DNA from: a virus
Lineage: Duplodnaviria > Caudoviricetes
Virus record (IMG/VR): IMGVR_UViG_3300019781_000017
Location: 1-63,629 of that record
DNA: 63,629 bases
Reading direction: 5' to 3' (one strand)
The notes under the pieces are model-generated. The model was not told the origin of the DNA and ran no database searches. It saw only the letters and a list, made by a program, of their open reading frames with translations. A program made the position numbers and the translations under genes. Positions 46,711 to 55,591 of the stretch are shown piece after piece (the first letter of the stretch is position 1; each line of letters opens with the position of its first letter).

Positions 46711-47007
46711 TCAGTCCTCCGAGTGCGTGACCACATGCCGGCCAAACGCAAGCGTCACCGTAACATAGTCGCAGGTAGTGAATTCGCGGAACAGGTCCGC
46801 AGCGATGTCTTCCATAAACTTCTTCTTGAACTGCGCAATCTTGCGAATGCGCTTGCGGATGCCGTAGAGCTCATGCACCGGCGCAGAGTCGTCGAGAAGG
46901 TCGTCTCGGAAAGCCACCTCGACATAGATCAGGTCGGGGAGATGGTTCACCGGACAGAAGGTGATGATAGGCAGCCAGTGCCTTACTTGAGTGTGACGAA
47001 CAGCCAT
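46711..47007 (-). CDS. QueF-like (QueF-L) single T-fold protein
   Basis: CPVNHLPD catalytic motif; FMEDIAADL; 98 aa; lacks E(S/L)KSxKLY; GGAG RBS. Confidence 0.7.
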   Translation of the reverse strand: MAVRHTQVRHWLPIITFCPVNHLPDLIYVEVAFRDDLLDDSAPVHELYGIRKRIRKIAQFKKKFMEDIAADLFREFTTCDYVTVTLAFGRHVVTHSED

Positions 47008-47396
47008 GCGAGACTCCACAAGAGGGTTAGAGCGAGACCCTGCCACCAGGATCGGTTGAACCATTCCCATTCAGTTCCCATGCTGTAGCGGTGTTCACTG
47101 AAGGGGTAAAGGAGCGGCGGTGCCCAGCGCTTGCCGTGCGTGGGCAAGTCTAGGAGGATATGCGACAGCAGCGCCAGCAGGGGCACCACAGTGGCGAACA
47201 GCGCTAGCGCCAGCAACCCTGCACCCCCTAGCACGAGCGCGCTGTGCGCCGCGTTGTAGGCGGCTGTAGGGTGCGTCAACCGCCGCCACGTTACAAGCGC
47301 AAGGTCGGGGGCAACACCGCACGCCGCGCCAAGGACAGGTTGCCCGAACGCGGCGCCGACGGATGCACCTGCCACAGCGTGTGACAGGATGTCCAT
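46983..47396 (-). CDS. YdjM-like membrane metal-dependent hydrolase
   Basis: MDILSH, APDL, AHS, SHILLD.PTH, PLLYPF; hydrophobic. Confidence 0.75.
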   Translation of the reverse strand: MDILSHAVAGASVGAAFGQPVLGAACGVAPDLALVTWRRLTHPTAAYNAAHSALVLGGAGLLALALFATVVPLLALLSHILLDLPTHGKRWAPPLLYPFSEHRYSMGTEWEWFNRSWWQGLALTLLWSLAWLFVTLK

Positions 47397-48157
47397 TAAC
47401 GGAACTCGTCGTAGTTGTCGGTCGAAGGCAGGTCCATCAACCCTTCACGCCATGCGCGCACGACAAGCGGGTCAGGCAACCCTGCCTGCGCGAACCCATC
47501 GGCCCGCAGGACGTTGGCATGGTTCATGTCGGTGGGCGGATACTGTCCGTCATAGCTGGTATGCGTGAACGCGAGCGCGTCCCAGCATCCCGGAAGCGTC
47601 GTGGCGAGCTCACAGGTCTGAGCCTTGGTGAGCTCCATCAGCGGGGTGGCGATGCGGATCGGTTGCGTTCCCCTGTGGTCATGCCCGAGCGCGGTGTTGA
47701 TATACTTGGCGGTCGCGTCGATAAACACCTGCCGGCAGTCATCATAATTGGCGTTGTCCATCGCGCAGACGCCAGTGACAATGTAGTCGATGCCCAGCGC
47801 TTCAGCACGGTTAGCAGCAAGCGTCAGGAACAGTGCGTTGCGCATGGGAACGAACGTCGTCTCCCGCCGGTCGCCGATCACCGCGTCCATCTGCTCAGCA
47901 TCGGTATAGCGTTCCAGTTCGTTACCGCTGGTGAGCGGGGAGCTGGATACAAGGATGTCACCGAGGGTAACGACCTCATGGCGATCACCGCAACCCGCCA
48001 GCTGTGCGACCAGCATTGCAGACTGGATTTCCAGGACGTGCCGCTGTCCGTAGTTGAACGTGATGCAATGCACCTCGTCGAAGTGTTGCAGCGCCCAGAA
48101 CAGGCAGGTTGTCGAATCCTGCCCGCCGGACAGGATAACAAGGGCTTTCTTCATCAT
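47396..48157 (-). CDS. queC: 7-cyano-7-deazaguanine synthase
   Basis: ALVILSGGQDSTT, FNYGQRH, TFVPMRN, YDDCR, TPLMELTK. Confidence 0.92.
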   Translation of the reverse strand: MMKKALVILSGGQDSTTCLFWALQHFDEVHCITFNYGQRHVLEIQSAMLVAQLAGCGDRHEVVTLGDILVSSSPLTSGNELERYTDAEQMDAVIGDRRETTFVPMRNALFLTLAANRAEALGIDYIVTGVCAMDNANYDDCRQVFIDATAKYINTALGHDHRGTQPIRIATPLMELTKAQTCELATTLPGCWDALAFTHTSYDGQYPPTDMNHANVLRADGFAQAGLPDPLVVRAWREGLMDLPSTDNYDEFR

Positions 48158-48876
48158 TCGACTCCAATGAACTTGTGGACCTGAAGCTGGAGGATGTGTC
48201 CGTGAGCCAGGCTGGAGCTGACGGCCTCTTGCGTGTGGAGATGGTTGTCGACCGCGTCCTTGCTGTCGAGCGGCTGGATGTAGATCACACCCTCGAAGAG
48301 CCCCTCGGTCGGTCGCGCGGGACGGTTGGGCATGTCGAGCGCGTGCAGCGGCAAACCATCCTCCCGGTCGGCGTCCCCATAGCGCACGACATACTTGAGG
48401 GCGCACGCGGCGTCCTCAGCTAGCGGGTTCAGCTTGCCGGTCTTGGGACTGATCACGAGATATGCGCCCTCACGTTCGAACGTGTTCTTGTTCCAGGGCG
48501 CAGCAGGCGGGTTCATCGTGCCGTTCGATTCAACCTGGACATAGAACCGGCAGTCAACCAGCAGATTGATAAGCTCGCCGATGTGCTGGCGGAAGGGTTC
48601 GCCGCCGGTGATGACCACAAGGGAATGTCCGCGCAGGCCGCCGATGGACAGCTTCGACACCTCGCGAACAATGTCGCTCGGGGTCATTTGCTTCCGGGTT
48701 GAGGTGTAATCCGTGTCGCACATCGGACACTGGAGGTTGCAGCCCGCGAGGCGCACAAAGACGCAGGGGGTTCCGCAGAAGGGGCCTTCGCCCTGGATCG
48801 TTTTGAAAATGGAGTGAACGTCCACGGTCCCTTCATATGAGGGCAGGCGTTTCTCGATGGGTTGGGAATTGATCAT
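48154..48876 (-). CDS. queE: 7-carboxy-7-deazaguanine synthase (radical SAM)
   Basis: TIQGEG, RLAGCNLQCPMCDT, ITGGEP, ESNG, SPK, LQVHK. Confidence 0.92.
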   Translation of the reverse strand: MINSQPIEKRLPSYEGTVDVHSIFKTIQGEGPFCGTPCVFVRLAGCNLQCPMCDTDYTSTRKQMTPSDIVREVSKLSIGGLRGHSLVVITGGEPFRQHIGELINLLVDCRFYVQVESNGTMNPPAAPWNKNTFEREGAYLVISPKTGKLNPLAEDAACALKYVVRYGDADREDGLPLHALDMPNRPARPTEGLFEGVIYIQPLDSKDAVDNHLHTQEAVSSSLAHGHILQLQVHKFIGVE

Positions 48877-48924
48877 TTGACCTCCGGAGGTAGCTAGCAA
48901 CGCTAGCAGGTTTCGGGGTGGAAA

Positions 48925-48961
48925 GTAAAGCCCCCGCACACCTTCTCAGATGTGCGGGGGC
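48925..48961 (-). terminator. rho-independent terminator
   Basis: gcccccgcaca...tgtgcgggggc followed by TTT on the - strand. Confidence 0.65.
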
Positions 48962-48978
48962 GAGCAGCCGAAGCTGTA

Positions 48979-49539
48979 TTATTCCGCGGGCGGGGCCGGC
49001 GGAACTTCAGGCGCTGCGGGCGGGGTTTCGGGCTTGGCCGGCTTGCGCGGATCTTCCACGCGACCGATCACCCCGAAGAACTTCCGCCAGCGAGCGTATT
49101 CGGCGCGGACGTTGGCCTCGTTGAGACCCTCGGCCTTGGCGACCTCCATCGATTCGCCGATCGAAGCGGGCGAGCCGTTCTTGGCGCTGATGTCGTCGAA
49201 GATCTTCCACGCCTTGCCGCAGAGGCCATCGGGCTTCGGACGGCGGATGCCGTTCTGTTCCGGCATCTTGGCAGCTTCGCGCGCAGCTTCAGCAGCCGCC
49301 TTGGCATCGATCTTCGCCTGGGCCTTGGCAGCCTTTTCGGCTTCCTTTGCTTCGGCAGCGGCCTTCTTGGCGGCTTCCTTGGCTTCCTTGGCAGCGGCTT
49401 TCTCCGCGTCCTTGGCAGCCTTGGCAGCTTCACGTTCCGCCTTCTTGGCGGCCGCATCGTCTGCCTTCTTCTGAGCGGCAGCCTGCTTTGCGGCCTCCGC
49501 TTCCTGCGCGGCCTGCGCCGCCTGCTGTTCGTCGCTCAT
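48979..49539 (-). CDS. Ala/Lys-rich protein with EQNGI.RP...WRKF.G domain
   Basis: AAK-rich helical region; paralogous to 1766-2332; GGAG RBS. Confidence 0.85.
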   Translation of the reverse strand: MSDEQQAAQAAQEAEAAKQAAAQKKADDAAAKKAEREAAKAAKDAEKAAAKEAKEAAKKAAAEAKEAEKAAKAQAKIDAKAAAEAAREAAKMPEQNGIRRPKPDGLCGKAWKIFDDISAKNGSPASIGESMEVAKAEGLNEANVRAEYARWRKFFGVIGRVEDPRKPAKPETPPAAPEVPPAPPAE

Positions 49540-49613
49540 TTCAATCTCCAATAGAATGGTGCCCAAATGGACAAACTACGCTTAGCACTCACTTAGGGGA
49601 AGCGCAACCCCTT

Positions 49614-50336
49614 TTAGCCTAATCGATCTTTCATCCAGTTACCGAGTTCGTTGCTCGAGCTTGTGCGCTTGACGCCATGCTCTTGCTCAAGCACGTCATA
49701 CATCTTCTTGCGAAGCTCTAGCACGGCAGCCTTATCGGTTGGCTTGCCAGCTTCGCCCCACATACGGTCCGCAACCGCCCAAATGGTTGGCCGCACGCTA
49801 GAAGCACGCTGTTTCGGTGCGCGGGGCGGCTGTGGTGCTGACTCCACGGGTGCGCGGGGTTTGGGTGCAGCGCGCTCCGCGCGGCGCTGTGGGGCCTGTG
49901 TGGTGGCCTTGTGCTTTTCCACAGCGTCAAGAGGTTTGCAGTGTAGCGGGAACAGGTCCATGGCTTTCGCGGGCACCTTAGCGCCCAGCGCATACTTCCA
50001 GGGGATGCCGTTGTAGAGGTCGTCCGACACCGCTGCCACTTGCGCTTCAACCTCAGTGGCGAGCGCTAGGGTGGGCGGCATGTGGTCATAGACGATCATT
50101 GCCAGCATCTCACGCACGATGCGGTCATCCGACCCCGTTATGTCCTCGCCAGTGGTGTTGCGATAAAGCATCCGAATTTCCAGCGGGGTCATACCGAGCA
50201 GGAAGTGCTCCGAGTTTGCGTTCTCATTGCGGATGCTGTGGTGGGGCGCCTCCAGGAACGACAACCCGCTGAGCACCATCTGGTCGTGATGCTTGTGGAG
50301 GAACTGGAGGGTATCCATGTCGACGGAGACGAACAT
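49614..50336 (-). CDS. hypothetical protein
   Basis: GGAGG RBS; C-terminal IWAVAD...ELGNW domain. Confidence 0.75.
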   Translation of the reverse strand: MFVSVDMDTLQFLHKHHDQMVLSGLSFLEAPHHSIRNENANSEHFLLGMTPLEIRMLYRNTTGEDITGSDDRIVREMLAMIVYDHMPPTLALATEVEAQVAAVSDDLYNGIPWKYALGAKVPAKAMDLFPLHCKPLDAVEKHKATTQAPQRRAERAAPKPRAPVESAPQPPRAPKQRASSVRPTIWAVADRMWGEAGKPTDKAAVLELRKKMYDVLEQEHGVKRTSSSNELGNWMKDRLG

Positions 50337-50337
50337 C

Positions 50338-50565
50338 TTACCCCTCCACCTTCAGCCAGCGACCATCGTCCTGGAGCACATACTTCTGCCCGAGCCCGGT
50401 GCCCAGCTTGCCACCGAACTGTTCGAACGTATCCTGGCACCAGTTGCCCCAGCCGATGCCAGGCAGGTTGGCGTCATACATCGTCTCACCGAACGGGGTG
50501 TTGCGAAGCTGGCAACCCGTGGCGGGCAGCGGGCTGAGCCAGTAGACTTTCTTATCCGACATCAC
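50338..50565 (-). CDS. hypothetical protein
   Basis: MYDA...WG.WC...LGTGLGQKY. Confidence 0.7.
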   Translation of the reverse strand: MMSDKKVYWLSPLPATGCQLRNTPFGETMYDANLPGIGWGNWCQDTFEQFGGKLGTGLGQKYVLQDDGRWLKVEG

Positions 50566-50699
50566 TTGGACTCCAGTTCTTTGATTTCCTGCTCCATGCG
50601 AGCAATGTGTTCGGGGGTTGCTTCCGGGGAAGCGCGGTAGCCCTTGAGGCGCATACGCAGCGACCGGAGCTTCAGCTCGTTGACGCGGTTGTCATCCAT
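50562..50699 (-). CDS. small hypothetical protein
   Basis: coupled ORF MDDNRVNELK... Confidence 0.5.
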   Translation of the reverse strand: MDDNRVNELKLRSLRMRLKGYRASPEATPEHIARMEQEIKELESK

Positions 50700-50817
50700 G
50701 CTGCAACACCTGCGAGAAAGGTTTCGGGTGGACGTTGCGGTCGCCCAGCTGGCGCTTGAGGTCACGGACCATGTTCATGTAGATCCTTTCCTGAGCTGCC
50801 TGAGTGTAACGTGCCAT
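50692..50817 (-). CDS. 41-aa hypothetical protein (MARYTQAAQE...)
   Basis: AAGGAG RBS within a 17-nt leader identical to 1374-1390. Confidence 0.6.
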   Translation of the reverse strand: MARYTQAAQERIYMNMVRDLKRQLGDRNVHPKPFSQVLQHG

Positions 50818-50875
50818 TGTGCGTCTCCTTGTTGCAACCCTTTTACAGGAGTTCCACAGGAACGCAAACACTTTT

Positions 50876-52807
50876 TTAGAACGGAATGTCGTCGTCCAGA
50901 TCGTCATCATAGGTCCGCGCGTCAAGCTGAGCTTTTTGGGCTGACAACACCTCCCGGTTCTCAATCTCTGGAACGTAACCGTCCGATTCGATTGTGCCGA
51001 AGGACGTCCCGTCATAGCAGAACGCCATGATCTCAGGATATTGCTTGTTCGTCCAGACCCGAAGGTGCGTTGGCGCTGCTAGCACTTGGTCTGCCATAGC
51101 GATAGCTTCAGCAGTGGTCGCTGGCATGGGGGTGTCGGTGCGTTCCGCCCACCACTTGCGCGCTTTACGACCAGCGAAGTTCGTGTGCTCGATACAGATG
51201 AACTCACTGAACGACTTATATCCGCAATAGTAGCTCATCTTCATCATTGGAGGCGAGCCGGTCTTTTCGTGGCGGTCAATGGTGACGCTGTCCACCTTGA
51301 ACACCTTGACCACAGGCTCGTCAATCTTAATGAGCTCGTCCTGTGCAGCCTCCGTCTTGAACTTAACTTCGAACAGGAACTCCGCACCACAGCCCAGCGC
51401 GGTCTTGAACGGTTGCCCGCCGCAGTAGCGCACGCTGGCGTGATTGTATGTGTCGCAGACCTCGCACAGCTTGACGGGTGCGTCACCGCCACCGGACCCC
51501 TTAGCACGGGGAAGCACGGGGTCATTGATTGGTCCAAGCTGCGCAGTGTTGCGCGCGAAGTCCATAACAAGGCAGTCATGCTTGTCGGATGCAAAGATGG
51601 CCTGCAAGCGACCTTCGATAGTATTGAGGTCAGCGCGGGTGCCATCGGGGAGCAGCCCCTTCCCATCCAACCCGTAGACCGGACGGGTTCCGCGTCCCAG
51701 CATCTGAACCCAAAGCACAACCGAGCCGGTTGCACGCAGAATGATAATGAAGTCAATGCCCGGGAAGTCGAAGCCTGTGGTCAGGACATTGTTGTTCACC
51801 AGCGCACGGATCTTGCCCGCCTTGAAGTCTTCAATCGTTTCGTCCCGACCCGCGCGCTTGCTGTGGACGCAACCTGCCGAGATGCCCATAAGGTTGAGCA
51901 TGTCACAGACGTTGTCAGCGTGATCGGTTCCGGATGCAAAGACCAGCCAGTGCTTTCGGTCGCCACCGTATTCGATAGCCTCTTTCAGCGCCGCTTCAGT
52001 GATGTCGTCCCTGTCGAACTTCTCCTGCATCTCCTTCTCGATAAACTCACCGCCGCGCTTGTGCAAGCCTTCGGTGTCGAGGTGGAGCTTCGGTCGTTTA
52101 GGGACCAGCGGGATCAGGTAGCCCTCATTGAACAACCTGTTGAACGGTTCGCGCCCCGTGATGTCGAAGCACATATCCTTGAACAGCGGATCGCTCAGGT
52201 TGCCCTTGCTGTCCTCGTAAGGATCAGTCAGGTGACCATGCCCCATGCGCCACGGGGTAGCTGTGAAGCCAATGACGCGGAGGTAGGGGTTGATGGACAG
52301 CAGACCAGCAATGAACGTCCGATACATGGTCTGGTCGTTCGGGCTCATCAGGTGGCACTCGTCAATGATGACAAGGTCGATGTGCCCGAACTGCGCCCAG
52401 CGGCGTGCGACGGAAGCGATACCAGCGAACGTGATGGGTTGCGCCATGTTGCGCTGCCCAAGACCCGCGCTGTAGATGCCAGCAGGGGAGAAGCTCCACA
52501 GTTGCTTCAGCTTCTCGAAGTTCTGTTGGATCAGCTCCTTGACGTGCGTGAGCACGATGATTCGCTGCTGGCCGTATTGCGACAGCACACTCTGAAGGAA
52601 GCGTGCGATGACCACACTCTTGCCTGTGCCCGTGGGCATCGCGACCAGCGGGTTGCCGGTAGGGTGTGTCCTGAAGTAGTCCCAAATCGAATTGGTGGCT
52701 TCGGTCTGGTATTGGCGATCCTGGAACGCTGGCCCGCCGTTGTGTCCCATTCCGGGCGGCGGGGTTATTCCGATAATTTCACTGGTGAAACCTGTAGCGG
52801 GGCTCAT
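50876..52807 (-). CDS. SF2 DExH helicase (RadD/YejH-like) with Zn finger
   Basis: PTGTGKS, IDECH, TATP, LTTGFD, QMLGRGTR, C..C...C; acidic DDDIPF tail. Confidence 0.9.
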   Translation of the reverse strand: MSPATGFTSEIIGITPPPGMGHNGGPAFQDRQYQTEATNSIWDYFRTHPTGNPLVAMPTGTGKSVVIARFLQSVLSQYGQQRIIVLTHVKELIQQNFEKLKQLWSFSPAGIYSAGLGQRNMAQPITFAGIASVARRWAQFGHIDLVIIDECHLMSPNDQTMYRTFIAGLLSINPYLRVIGFTATPWRMGHGHLTDPYEDSKGNLSDPLFKDMCFDITGREPFNRLFNEGYLIPLVPKRPKLHLDTEGLHKRGGEFIEKEMQEKFDRDDITEAALKEAIEYGGDRKHWLVFASGTDHADNVCDMLNLMGISAGCVHSKRAGRDETIEDFKAGKIRALVNNNVLTTGFDFPGIDFIIILRATGSVVLWVQMLGRGTRPVYGLDGKGLLPDGTRADLNTIEGRLQAIFASDKHDCLVMDFARNTAQLGPINDPVLPRAKGSGGGDAPVKLCEVCDTYNHASVRYCGGQPFKTALGCGAEFLFEVKFKTEAAQDELIKIDEPVVKVFKVDSVTIDRHEKTGSPPMMKMSYYCGYKSFSEFICIEHTNFAGRKARKWWAERTDTPMPATTAEAIAMADQVLAAPTHLRVWTNKQYPEIMAFCYDGTSFGTIESDGYVPEIENREVLSAQKAQLDARTYDDDLDDDIPF

Positions 52808-53775
52808 GCACGCAGACCGTCATCTTCATACCAGTCAGGACAGCCAACCAGTTGCTTGTCCTTGCTTAGCTGCATCTTGTGCTTATTGCAAGACCAAGTG
52901 CCAGCGGTTCCACGGTCAGGTTGGCTAAACTGGCACGTCCGGCAGTTGATGTCGGTCGCTGCACTTAGGTGGCAGACCGGGCGGTGATCGCAGAAGCGGC
53001 ACTTGAAGAAGCCTGCGCTCGTGCTGATCTTCTTTGGGGCGTTCTCGGACCACACTAGCATCTCGCCTCGGTCCAGATACTGGTCCGCATACTCGGGCGC
53101 GATGTAGATGATCTCCATGTAGAGGTCGTCGGTGTTCTTGCAGACCGCGACGTAAAGCGCAACGGTGAGGCCCATCTTCCTCATGTAAAGCTGCATCTGC
53201 GTATAGTGCTCAGGCTTAGCAGCCTTGACGCCAAACCCCGTGAACGGTCCCTCACCTGCGACATACTTGCGCCACTCGGGCAGCTTCCCAGCTAGCTCGA
53301 TAAAGGACTTCTCGCCGTGGGTCTTGTATTCGTTGACGAACGGCATGTCAGGGGATAGATCCGGAATCCCCCGCGCAACGCCATCACCCGACCCGCCGCA
53401 ATGCCCGTCAGCCCAGCTGATGCGGAACTGTTTCCCGTTGGCATCCTGTTGCCATACCTCGCACCCGATCATCAGCAGCATCGCAATGATGCGGCCTTCC
53501 TCTAGGTGCCCGCGGTTGAACAGGCGCAGCACGCGCCCTTCGAACTTTGCCTTGGTGGCCCAGCGATGCGAGTAGTAGATGGCGCGCGGGCACTCCCCGC
53601 CAAGGATAGATGCGCCAAGGTGCGGTCGGTGTCCGTCCTCGGGCTCGTCACGGTAGGCGTCTCCGATATGTGGTAACACCCGGCCTTCCCAGCCGCGGAA
53701 CGCTGCACCCTGATCCGCTTCGATCATTGCGTCTATCTTGCGCATCGTTAGAAGCGCGTGCATTAGAGCACCCAT
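52804..53775 (-). CDS. Cas4/RecB-like PD-(D/E)xK exonuclease
   Basis: GECPR, GSGDG, NEYKT, QMQLYM, CRFCDHRPVC. Confidence 0.85.
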   Translation of the reverse strand: MGALMHALLTMRKIDAMIEADQGAAFRGWEGRVLPHIGDAYRDEPEDGHRPHLGASILGGECPRAIYYSHRWATKAKFEGRVLRLFNRGHLEEGRIIAMLLMIGCEVWQQDANGKQFRISWADGHCGGSGDGVARGIPDLSPDMPFVNEYKTHGEKSFIELAGKLPEWRKYVAGEGPFTGFGVKAAKPEHYTQMQLYMRKMGLTVALYVAVCKNTDDLYMEIIYIAPEYADQYLDRGEMLVWSENAPKKISTSAGFFKCRFCDHRPVCHLSAATDINCRTCQFSQPDRGTAGTWSCNKHKMQLSKDKQLVGCPDWYEDDGLRA

Positions 53776-53895
53776 GTCATCTCCTGTCGGCTAGGTGACC
53801 CGTGACCTTAGCATGGACCAGTGGCGCCGCCGAAGCATTGCATCCCAGTCACGGGTCGCCTAGCAGCCGGACCCCCGAAGGGGCCCGGATACCAG

Positions 53896-54834
53896 TTACG
53901 CCTGAGGCGCGGCCCACGGAGGAGCAGCACCCTGAGCGGCCGCAGCCGCAGCAGCAGCAGGGTCCGCGGCGGGTGCCGCAGGTGCAGCTTCTGCAGGCGC
54001 AGCGCCCCCAGCCCAGGGCTGAGCGGGTGCAGCACCCCCGAACGGGTTCGCAGGGTCCGCAGCAAGCGCCGCAGCGCCACCAGTAGCCCACGGGGTGCCA
54101 CCGTCAGCGGCAGGTGCCGCAGGGGCAGCGGGAGCTGCCGGAGCAGCGGGTGCAGCCGCCGGCGCAGGGTAACGCTGAGCGAGGTCGGTCGTCTTGACGA
54201 CTTCCGCACCCTTCCAGTGATACTCCTTGTTCTCCGGGTGCAGGGCCCAACCGTCCGCCAGTGCGGCAGCGATCGGATCATGCGCGGGTGCAGCAGGCGC
54301 CGCAGGGGTTGCCGGAGCGGCAGGTGCAGCAGGCGCACCCCCGAACCCGGCAGGTGCAGCACCGCCGAAGCCAGCAGGAGCACCGCCACCCGCCGGAGCG
54401 GCTGCACCGGAAGCACCAGCGCCGACGGTTTCCACCGCTTCGTTGATGTTCTTGTATGCGATGATCTCGTTCTGGTCTTCGTAGTTGTCGTCGCCCTTGC
54501 GGATCTTCACCTTGATCTTCAGCGGCAGCCCGTGGAGCTGTTCCGAATTGGCGATGTGCAGGACGCCGACCGCGTGACCGATTGCGGAGAGTTGCTTGAG
54601 CGCAATCTCCTGGGCGGTCGCATTCGCGTTCTTGATGTTCAAGCGCGCGAACAGCTTGCGATTGGCGTATTGCCCGTCGATAACCGCGAAGCGGACCTGG
54701 AGGTAAGTGCCCAGGCCGTCCTTGGTCGGCTTCAGATCCGACTCGTCCATGCGAGCGTTATACCAGCCCGCGGGGATCGTGTCGAACCCTGCATCCGGTT
54801 CCACCTTGGTGGCGTCGAAGTTCAGTTGTGCCAT
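53896..54834 (-). CDS. DUF669-like single-stranded DNA-binding protein
   Basis: FDTIPAGWY...GQYANRKLF; long Ala/Pro tail. Confidence 0.75.
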   Translation of the reverse strand: MAQLNFDATKVEPDAGFDTIPAGWYNARMDESDLKPTKDGLGTYLQVRFAVIDGQYANRKLFARLNIKNANATAQEIALKQLSAIGHAVGVLHIANSEQLHGLPLKIKVKIRKGDDNYEDQNEIIAYKNINEAVETVGAGASGAAAPAGGGAPAGFGGAAPAGFGGAPAAPAAPATPAAPAAPAHDPIAAALADGWALHPENKEYHWKGAEVVKTTDLAQRYPAPAAAPAAPAAPAAPAAPAADGGTPWATGGAAALAADPANPFGGAAPAQPWAGGAAPAEAAPAAPAADPAAAAAAAAQGAAPPWAAPQA

Positions 54835-54865
54835 GGTATCAGTATTCCTTTCAAGTGGCGGCGGA

Positions 54866-55591
54866 TCAAGCCGCCAGGATTTTTGCAAAAATCGCGCTGA
54901 GGATAGGTGGTTCGATCGGAGCCAGCGCGCCACTCCGGTCTTTCGCTACATACTGCAAATCAGGTTGAGTCTGTAGGAATCTGTATTTCTCGCCGTTCGG
55001 CGCTTGGTTGATACCAAGGCGGAACACCTCGTCGAAGAAGTAAGGCAGCTTGTTTCCCAGCTTGGCACCGGGCATGGCTGGCGCATACTTGACCACACCA
55101 GTCAGCTCGTCCTTCTGCGGTTCCATCTTGGCAGTGATAAGGACGTGCTTGTTCGGCAGGTCGCGGAAGGAACGGATGGTCGTTTCCATCTTCTCGATAA
55201 GCTCACCGTAGGCCTGGCGCGGGTCCTTAACCTGCCGCTTGGCGTTGTTGAGGATAACCTCAGCAATTTCGGAGGCGCTGTCCATGCCAATGGTGTGGAA
55301 CGCTTTGGCTTCGTTTGACTGCTCGCACCAGCGGTGAGCCTCAACCAAGTCCTCGACCGTCTTCACCTCAATGATGGGCATGTTGTAAGTGATGTGAGGG
55401 TTGCCCACCCCGTAGAGCCGTTCGAGGTTCGCCTTGCGCAGGGACAGCGCACCGGCCTCGTTGCTGATCATAACGGGGACGGGTGCGGTAGCGAGCAGCA
55501 TGGTCTTGCCGACGCCCGCCTCCCCGTAGACCAGCGACTTGATGCCTCCGGTCTGTGTCGCGTGGGCCGCGTCCGTGAATACCAATGCCAT
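54866..55591 (-). CDS. AAA_24/Sak4-like ATPase (annealing recombinase)
   Basis: LVYGEAGVGKT, MDSASE, AKDRSG. Confidence 0.8.
   Translation of the reverse strand: MALVFTDAAHATQTGGIKSLVYGEAGVGKTMLLATAPVPVMISNEAGALSLRKANLERLYGVGNPHITYNMPIIEVKTVEDLVEAHRWCEQSNEAKAFHTIGMDSASEIAEVILNNAKRQVKDPRQAYGELIEKMETTIRSFRDLPNKHVLITAKMEPQKDELTGVVKYAPAMPGAKLGNKLPYFFDEVFRLGINQAPNGEKYRFLQTQPDLQYVAKDRSGALAPIEPPILSAIFAKILAA

Noticed and set aside
52804-53775. Cas4-like gene as evidence of a CRISPR-Cas system
   Set aside because: It lies in a standard recombination module (Sak4-like, SSB-like, helicase); no other cas genes or array.
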